DNA from: Pirellula staleyi DSM 6068
GTDB taxonomy: Bacteria; Planctomycetota; Planctomycetia; Pirellulales; Pirellulaceae
NCBI GenBank assembly: GCA_000025185.1
Contig: CP001848.1
Span: 1,710,001-1,742,000 of the forward strand
Reading direction: 5' to 3'
DNA: 32,000 nt
Positions 25,553 through 32,000 of the stretch are shown here, in pieces. Position numbers and translations under genes: made by a program. The notes under the pieces were generated by a model that ran no database searches, was not told the DNA's origin, and worked only from the letters and a program-made list of their open reading frames with translations. How positions within the stretch are numbered: position 1 is the stretch's first letter; every line of letters starts with the position of its first letter.

Positions 25553-26164
25553 TTAGCCTTGGGCGTAGCGACCTACTTGATTGATGCGCGCGAAGACGTC
25601 GTTGAGCACCCAGTGGAATAGGCACATGTGGATGCTCTCGACCATCCCCATGTCGTCGAGCGGGACATGCAAATTGTGCTGGGCGAGGGTCATGAGTTGC
25701 CCGCCGCTGTAGCCGGTGATCCCCAGCGTGGTGAGCCCATGGCGATTGGCCCAATCGACCGCGTTCAGCACGTTCTTGCTATTGCCGCTTCCACTGATCG
25801 CGACAACCAGATCACCTTCGCGACCGTAGTTCATCAACTGCTGCTGAAAAATCTGCTCGTACGAAACGTCGTTCCCCACCGCCATGATCCAGCCGACGTT
25901 GTCGGTGAGGCTGAGGACCTTCAAGCGCTTCTTCGACTCGTCGAGCAGGTCCTTCTCGTAAAGCGTGCTTTTGCCGAGATCTTCGGCCATGTGCGAGGCA
26001 TTACAGCCACTCCCACCATTGCCAAAAATGTAAACGAACTTGTCGTTCTGCCACGCCTCGAAGAGCAGGTCGGCGAAGGTCTTGATTTGATCCTCGCGAA
26101 CGCGCGCCAGTTCCGCTTGAAGTCGCTGGGTGTAGGAGGTGAGATCGAGCGTACTGCCAAGCAT
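25553..26164 (-). CDS. SIS-domain sugar-phosphate isomerase (GmhA/phosphoheptose-isomerase-like)
   Basis: ATG at 26164 (MLGSTLDLTSY...). IFGNGGSGCNASHMAEDL, VAISGSGNSKNV and GITGYSGG are GmhA-type SIS motifs. The track start at 26308 adds an unlikely N-terminal extension. Confidence 0.78.
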   Translation of the reverse strand: MLGSTLDLTSYTQRLQAELARVREDQIKTFADLLFEAWQNDKFVYIFGNGGSGCNASHMAEDLGKSTLYEKDLLDESKKRLKVLSLTDNVGWIMAVGNDVSYEQIFQQQLMNYGREGDLVVAISGSGNSKNVLNAVDWANRHGLTTLGITGYSGGQLMTLAQHNLHVPLDDMGMVESIHMCLFHWVLNDVFARINQVGRYAQG

Positions 26165-26431
26165 GGAGAGCCTGCCTGCGAGAGGTTTGCGAGTCGAGCG
26201 GAATGCAAAGTAGCTAAGCTCGCTTAGTCTACTCGCCCGCGCACAGGCAATGAAGCCCGTCGAGGGATTCGATGTGCATCGAAACAGCGAGCTGACCACA
26301 ATATTCAATCACTCAACTTCAAGTTCACTTCCGACGAAATTGCTTGCAACTGGGTTTACACAAGGCATCATTCACAATCAGACTCGCTCTGTTGCTCGTG
26401 CAAAGTTTATGTGACGCAATCGAGCGAACCC

Positions 26432-26536
26432 CTTCGTGTTTTTCGTGTGCTTCGTGGTCTTCCTCTGGTTGCTCGAGAACCGTTCGGTCAAACAACGATT
26501 GAGGGATTCACCACGGAGAACACCGAGAGCACGAAG
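26432..26536. repeat. Imperfect inverted repeat built from 9-nt periodic units
   Basis: Left arm has TTCGTG at 26433, 26442 and 26451. Right arm has CACGGA at 26512, CACCGA at 26521 and CACGAA at 26530. The arms are complementary at about 20/28 positions around a central segment of about 50 nt. The region is intergenic. Confidence 0.7.
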
Positions 26537-26594
26537 TTTCGAAAGAGTTCGACCGTTGGTGAATGGATGCGTGAAGCGCTTCGCAGCAGCAACT

Positions 26595-27965
26595 CTACTT
26601 GCTTGCAGCAGATCCACTACCAAGCTCGACGGTCGCTGGGTGATAGAGCAGCGCGACGCCTGCCATCAGGACGGCAGTGACGGCAAAGATGGTCGCTTGC
26701 GGCAGCTTCAAAGCGTTGATGATTTGCATGGCAATGGCGTAGAAGATGGCCGAGCCGACAATGCCGATCCAGTTGAGCAAGTTTTGCGTGGCGATCATGC
26801 GCCCTTTCAGTTCTGCAGGTGGTCGCATCTGCATGAACACTTGCAGCGGCACAGCGAACATGCCGGTGAAAATCCCCATCACCAAGAGGACCACGAGACT
26901 GCCGTAGTAGCCGAGCAAATGGCCATGATCGCCGCCCGGAAGGGCCAGCAGCGCGAGTGTGGTGGCGAGTCCGATCGAGCCTGCTTTGAGGACGCCGGTG
27001 TGGAACTTGCCTCGCGAAATCTGACCCGCGAGCACACTGCCGATGGCGATGCCGATCGAGATCAAGCTGACCATCAGGGCCGACTTAGCGTCGCCAACTT
27101 GCAATTGAACTTTGCCCAGCGAAGTCACCCCCATTTGCACCATCGCGGCAGTGAGCCAGAAGATGGTCGAGACCCAGACAGCTGCTGCGAGTGGACGATC
27201 TTTGGCAAGCTCGATGCGCATCTCTTTCGGAACGCCAAGCGCGGAGAAGGTGAAAGCTAGTCCGGGCTGCGAGATCGGTGTCCGGCGAATGATCGCGGCG
27301 GTGATGGTGCCAATGACTGCAATCGCAACGCAGACAACGCCAATGATCCACAGCTTGCCCGGAAAACTTTCCATCAGCAGGCCGGCGAGTACACCTCCCA
27401 GAATGATGGCGAGAAAGGTGGTCATCAGCACCAGGCCGTTGGTGCGTGGCAAATCGTTTTCGCGAAAGAGCTCGGGCAAAATGCCGTACTTACCTGGACC
27501 AAAGAACGCGCTTTGGGCCCCCATCAGAAAAAGTACGATCGAAAAGATCGCCGCCATCGTGATCGACATCCCGGTGCGGGCGTAGATCAAAAATGTGACG
27601 AGCCCCAACACCATGATGACGATCTCGGCAACTTTCGCGAGGACAATCACGCGCCGCTTGCAGTAGCAGTCGGAGAGATAGCCAGCGTAGCCCGAGAACA
27701 AAATGAAGGGGATCGAAAAGACGAACGTGCCGAGCGACTGAAGGTCCTGCGTTTGCCCGTTCCCGATCGGTACGGCGACAAACAGCAGCATGAGCGCTTG
27801 CTTGAAAACGTTATCGTTAAACGCGCCGAGAAACTGCGTGAGAGTGATGCCCCAGAACGACGCATCGCGGAAGAGTTTCGGCCGCGCAACTGCCGTGGGC
27901 GAACCCGTGGCGGGAGCGAGCGGAGTCATAGCAGCGGATGACTCGGAAGGATTTGGTTCGCTCAC
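26595..27965 (-). CDS. MFS transporter, LplT (lysophospholipid transporter)-like
   Basis: 456 aa with about 12 TM helices. The N-terminal FWGITLTQFLGAFNDNVFKQALMLLF resembles LplT-type MFS proteins. Start is GTG at 27965 or ATG at 27929. Antisense ORFs 26436..27260 and 27112..27585 were rejected. Confidence 0.8.
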   Translation of the reverse strand: MSEPNPSESSAAMTPLAPATGSPTAVARPKLFRDASFWGITLTQFLGAFNDNVFKQALMLLFVAVPIGNGQTQDLQSLGTFVFSIPFILFSGYAGYLSDCYCKRRVIVLAKVAEIVIMVLGLVTFLIYARTGMSITMAAIFSIVLFLMGAQSAFFGPGKYGILPELFRENDLPRTNGLVLMTTFLAIILGGVLAGLLMESFPGKLWIIGVVCVAIAVIGTITAAIIRRTPISQPGLAFTFSALGVPKEMRIELAKDRPLAAAVWVSTIFWLTAAMVQMGVTSLGKVQLQVGDAKSALMVSLISIGIAIGSVLAGQISRGKFHTGVLKAGSIGLATTLALLALPGGDHGHLLGYYGSLVVLLVMGIFTGMFAVPLQVFMQMRPPAELKGRMIATQNLLNWIGIVGSAIFYAIAMQIINALKLPQATIFAVTAVLMAGVALLYHPATVELGSGSAASK

Positions 27966-28034
27966 GCTCGAGTACCCTTCGGAGTCGTACTTGGTAGACG
28001 CTTAGAGGCTGCGACAGCCGATCGGGTAGCAGCC

Positions 28035-28070
28035 ACGAAGAACCGTCAGGCCGGTGCTGCCGGCCCGACG
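28035..28070 (-). terminator. Probable intrinsic terminator after thiC
   Basis: Read on the minus strand: CGTCGGGCCGG, loop cagca, CCGGCCTGACG, then GUUCUUCGU. The single non-Watson-Crick position is G:U in the minus-strand RNA but A:C on the plus strand, which supports a minus-strand function. Confidence 0.5.
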
Positions 28071-28110
28071 ATTTGCCGTGGGCTTGAGGTGTGGCCGTTT
28101 GACTAGCTGA

Positions 28111-29508
<1,398 letters not shown>

Positions 29509-30214
29509 TTACGAAACGTAAGTCGAGTCGGATCGCTTGCGAAGAGATCAGAAATCTTGGGAGTGGCAGTCGGTGCCGCTGTGTGGCGCTCGGTGCCGGT
29601 CGGCTGACGCTCGGCCTGCCTCCATCGCACTTAACCGCAGAAGCGACGACTACTTAAAGAGATGTTAGCGGCAGGGGCTCAGGTGTCAATTCGGGCCAGC
29701 TGGCGAAAGTGTGCGGCAGCCGAGTTCGGCGGGCCAGAATGCGGTTCGTTTCAAGCAGCAGAGCGGCCGATCGGGCTGCTCAAGTTGTCTGGGCTGATGC
29801 TCAATCGAGTCCAGCACTGACCAAGGCTTCTCGTCGAACCACATTTGGCCGCCGGACCAAGCAGCGCTGGCATGCTAGCGAAATGGAGCCGATTGCGCTT
29901 TGGTTTGGCAGCGGATGCATGGGTGGCACCTGATTCGAACCTTGCGGTTGACCGCCTATGAGTGCGGTGATTTGCGAGGTTTCCCTTAGTGGCTCGCAAG
30001 TGGCTAGTTTTCGTCGAAGTGCGTGAACACCCCATCCCCTATCGAGAGTGGGAGGCAACGATAAACTCTCGCGATTTTTCTGAAAATCATATTTGCGGAA
30101 GTCCGTTGTTGTCGCACAATGCTTGCCAGTCCACTTGGTGGCAAGAGCAGTCGCTCACCTCACCAGCTGAGGACCCAACCCAAGCACATTTTGCGGAACA
30201 ACGAGAGAACAGCC

Positions 30215-30496
30215 ATGTCGACCATGCCCGGCAGTAACCCAGCCATCGAAAAAGAGATCGCCAGCAAAGCCACCACCGCACTGATCTGCGGCATCGTGGG
30301 TCTGTTCTGCTGCATGTTCGTAGGTATCTACGCGATCATTGTCGCCGGACAAGGTGAAAAACTGATTGCCCAGTACGGCGTTGGCCAAGAGCATGCCTCG
30401 AAGCTGATGATTGGCAAAGTGCTCGGCTTTGTCGCGATTGGTCTGTTTGTACTCGGCATCGTCGCGAACGTCATCATGATGGCGATGCAGGGCTAA
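30215..30496 (+). CDS. CD225/dispanin-like small two-TM protein, paralog 1 (93 aa)
   Basis: ATG at 30215: MSTMPGSNPAIEKEIASKATTALICGIVGLFCCMFVGIYAIIVAGQGEKLIAQYGVGQEHASKLMIGKVLGFVAIGLFVLGIV... The CC-containing first hydrophobic segment, conserved loop and second TM resemble CD225 (possibly DUF4190). Confidence 0.6.
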   Translation: MSTMPGSNPAIEKEIASKATTALICGIVGLFCCMFVGIYAIIVAGQGEKLIAQYGVGQEHASKLMIGKVLGFVAIGLFVLGIVANVIMMAMQG

Positions 30497-30823
30497 ATCC
30501 CCTTCTGACTCTCCGCGAGCAGCAGCTAACTTGTCGTTCTCGAGCTGGATTCCACCACAGAGGTTTCCAGCTCTGTCTGACAATCCGTCTGTACGCAGGC
30601 GTTCTCACGACATTGCTGGTCTCGCCACTGCTTCACCAGCGGATGCTAGTGGTTAGTTGATTGGCTGCTGACCTCAGCCGAAAGCTAACAGCTTCCTATG
30701 AATTAGCCGGATGTGTTCGTAACATTCGGCACTTGCCTGCGCCGTAGCGGTTGGTATCGCGGTGTTGCGATGCCTACTGTTTGCGATAAAAACCCAACTT
30801 GGATCGACGCGGAGATTACCCCT

Positions 30824-31228
30824 ATGAATTTGCTTCTACCCCTGTTTGCGCAAGATGATGGTGGCGGCGGAGCTATCGTTGTTCTCTTGAGTTTGTTTTG
30901 CATGCTCATCGTCCCACTGGCGATCTTGGGGGTAGTGTTAGCGGGTATGTGGAAAGTGTTTGAAAAGGCTGGCCAGCCAGGTTGGGCCGCCATTGTTCCG
31001 ATTTATAACACCTACGTGCTTGTCGTCGAAATTGCCAAGATGGACATCATGTGGTTCGTCCTCTTGCTCGTCCCTTGCGTGCAGTACGTCGCTGTGTTTG
31101 TCATCATGATTAAGGTGGCAAAGAAATATGGCCAAGGAGATGGTTTTGGCATCGGCATGGCCCTTCTTCCTTTCATCTTCATTCCAATCCTGGGCTTTGG
31201 ATCGGCACGCTATAATCCCTCGGCTTAA
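30824..31228 (+). CDS. DUF5684-family small membrane protein (134 aa)
   Basis: ATG at 30824 with GGAG 9 nt upstream. MWKVFEKAGQPGWAAIVPIYNTYVLVVEIAKMDIMWF ... LLPFIFIPILGFGSARY matches my recollection of the DUF5684 signature. Confidence 0.7.
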   Translation: MNLLLPLFAQDDGGGGAIVVLLSLFCMLIVPLAILGVVLAGMWKVFEKAGQPGWAAIVPIYNTYVLVVEIAKMDIMWFVLLLVPCVQYVAVFVIMIKVAKKYGQGDGFGIGMALLPFIFIPILGFGSARYNPSA

Positions 31229-31266
31229 GTTCAGCGGACTAGTTCACAAGCGTGTTGTGAAATCAT

Positions 31267-31294
31267 GACATCGAGTCCCCTGTGACTCGATGTC
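31267..31294 (+). terminator. Perfect 11-bp stem-loop downstream of the DUF5684 gene
   Basis: GACATCGAGTC, loop ccctgt, GACTCGATGTC, followed by tcttcc with no clean T-run. A second hairpin follows at 31321-31344 (CGCTCGCC cctttttt GGCGAGTG). Confidence 0.4.
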
Positions 31295-31370
31295 TCTTCC
31301 GTGTCGCGACAGACTCAGACCGCTCGCCCCTTTTTTGGCGAGTGGTCGTAGGCCCCGAGTTTCTTACTCA

Positions 31371-31652
31371 ATGTCGTTACCCGAGAACCGCGACCCCGCG
31401 ATCGAAAGTCAGATTTCTAACAAAACCACGATTGCGCTGGTTTGCGGAATTGTGGGGCTGATCTTTAGCGGCATGTGCTGTGGTCTCGTCTCGATTTATG
31501 CCATTATCGAAGCCAATCGGGGTGATGGTCTGATCGATGTGAATGGCTATGGCGAGGAGTATCGATTTCAGCTCCGGGTCAGCCGAATCTTAGGGTGGAT
31601 CGGCGTCGTGATTTGGGTCGCTCAAATTCTGTTTGCCATGCTGACGCGCTAG
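31371..31652 (+). CDS. CD225/dispanin-like small two-TM protein, paralog 2 (93 aa)
   Basis: ATG at 31371: MSLPENRDPAIESQISNKTTIALVCGIVGLIFSGMCCGLVSIYAIIEANRGDGLIDVNGYGEEYRFQLRVSRILGWIGVVIWVAQILF. The N-terminus and TM1 align with paralog 1. Confidence 0.6.
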   Translation: MSLPENRDPAIESQISNKTTIALVCGIVGLIFSGMCCGLVSIYAIIEANRGDGLIDVNGYGEEYRFQLRVSRILGWIGVVIWVAQILFAMLTR

Positions 31653-31712
31653 TTATGGCTAACGATCGGGGAGCCCGATGCTGGAACCAGACCGCGGTGA
31701 TAAGCGACAGCG

Positions 31713-32000
31713 ATGAACTACAACCTTGTTGACGATGGCTGTACGGAAGAAGAGATCGAAGCGCTGATTGAGCGGAATCTGAAATGGTCGCTGTTTGGAG
31801 CCATCTTTTCGATCCTCTGCCCGACCTTGATCACCGCCATTGTTTGTGTGTTCTATGCCAACAAGGCGGCCCACTTAGTCGAGCACTACGAGGTGGGCTA
31901 TCAGTACAGCCCACGCATCCGCTCGATGCAATACTTTGGCTACACGATGCTGGTGGTGCAGTTAGCCCTGAGTGTGATCTCGCTCCGCTTCTTCATGACC
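31713..32000 (+). CDS. CD225/dispanin-like protein, paralog 3 (5' partial; runs off the window)
   Basis: ATG at 31713, open to the window end (96 codons): MNYNLVDDGCTEEEIEALIERNLKWSLFGAIFSILCPTLITAIVCVFYANKAAHLVEHYEVGYQYSPRIRSMQYFGYTMLVVQLALSVISL... AIVCVFYANKA is a CD225-like loop. It is not in the ORF track because it has no stop in the window. Antisense ORF 31659..31874 was rejected. Confidence 0.55.
   Translation, partial: MNYNLVDDGCTEEEIEALIERNLKWSLFGAIFSILCPTLITAIVCVFYANKAAHLVEHYEVGYQYSPRIRSMQYFGYTMLVVQLALSVISLRFFMT

Noticed and set aside
26214-26282. Two short palindromes upstream of the SIS gene: CTAAGCtcGCTTAG (26214-26227) and TTCGATGtgCATCGAA (26267-26282). There is also GAAGCGCTTC at 26573-26582.
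   Set aside because: Arms of 5-7 bp are expected to occur by chance a few times in 32 kb, and nothing links them to a nearby regulator. They are worth noting only if a motif search finds more copies.
26378-26680. ORFs 26378..26623 (-) and 26411..26680 (+) in the MFS/SIS intergenic region.
   Set aside because: They are read straight through the 9-nt periodic inverted repeat, giving pseudo-peptides such as FTTENTESTKF and LRALGVLRGESL. I treat them as translation artefacts of a nucleotide-level repeat.
29921-29950. tRNA-like T-loop: GGTTCGAATCAGGTGCCACCCA on the minus strand.
   Set aside because: The 5 nt flanking the TTCGAAT loop (CAAGG and CAGGT) are not complementary. No acceptor, D or anticodon arms can be built, so it is not a tRNA or tmRNA 3' end.

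Overview
Moderately GC-rich bacterial chromosomal segment. I infer a Planctomycetota (Pirellulales-like) origin from three things: two DUF1080-type proteins, a membrane-anchored prenyltransferase/squalene-oxidase-repeat protein ending LEVYYRHLPIF, and several long ORF-free intergenic regions. I support about 32 protein-coding genes. Housekeeping genes are gyrA, UDP-glucose 6-dehydrogenase, a DEAD-box helicase with a long Gly/Arg-rich tail, and thiC. One same-strand cluster encodes SIS isomerase, ROK kinase, UbiA prenyltransferase and PIG-L deacetylase. There is also an ArsR-SRPBCC pair, three class I methyltransferases, a PhyH-type dioxygenase, a secreted EEP nuclease/phosphatase and an LplT-like MFS transporter. 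I found no rRNA, tRNA or CRISPR. One apparently intact 863-bp IS5-family element sits exactly on the stop codon of a DUF1080 gene. Beside it is a visibly more AT-rich islet with two tandem paralogous membrane proteins and a truncated orphan HicB-like antitoxin. The most interesting signals are: (1) an array of three CD225/dispanin (IFITM-like) small membrane paralogs interleaved with a DUF5684 protein at the right edge; (2) the paralog + HicB-like + IS islet at 13.9-16.6 kb; (3) a 748-bp ORF-free, hairpin-rich region upstream of thiC with no recognisable TPP riboswitch core; (4) an intergenic hairpin built from 9-nt periodic TTCGTG/CACGRA units; (5) a pair of mini single-TM paralogs hidden inside longer ORF calls at the left edge; (6) an acidic insertion and an unusual QRDR residue in GyrA. 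Many long ORFs in the track are antisense mirror ORFs of real genes and were rejected.
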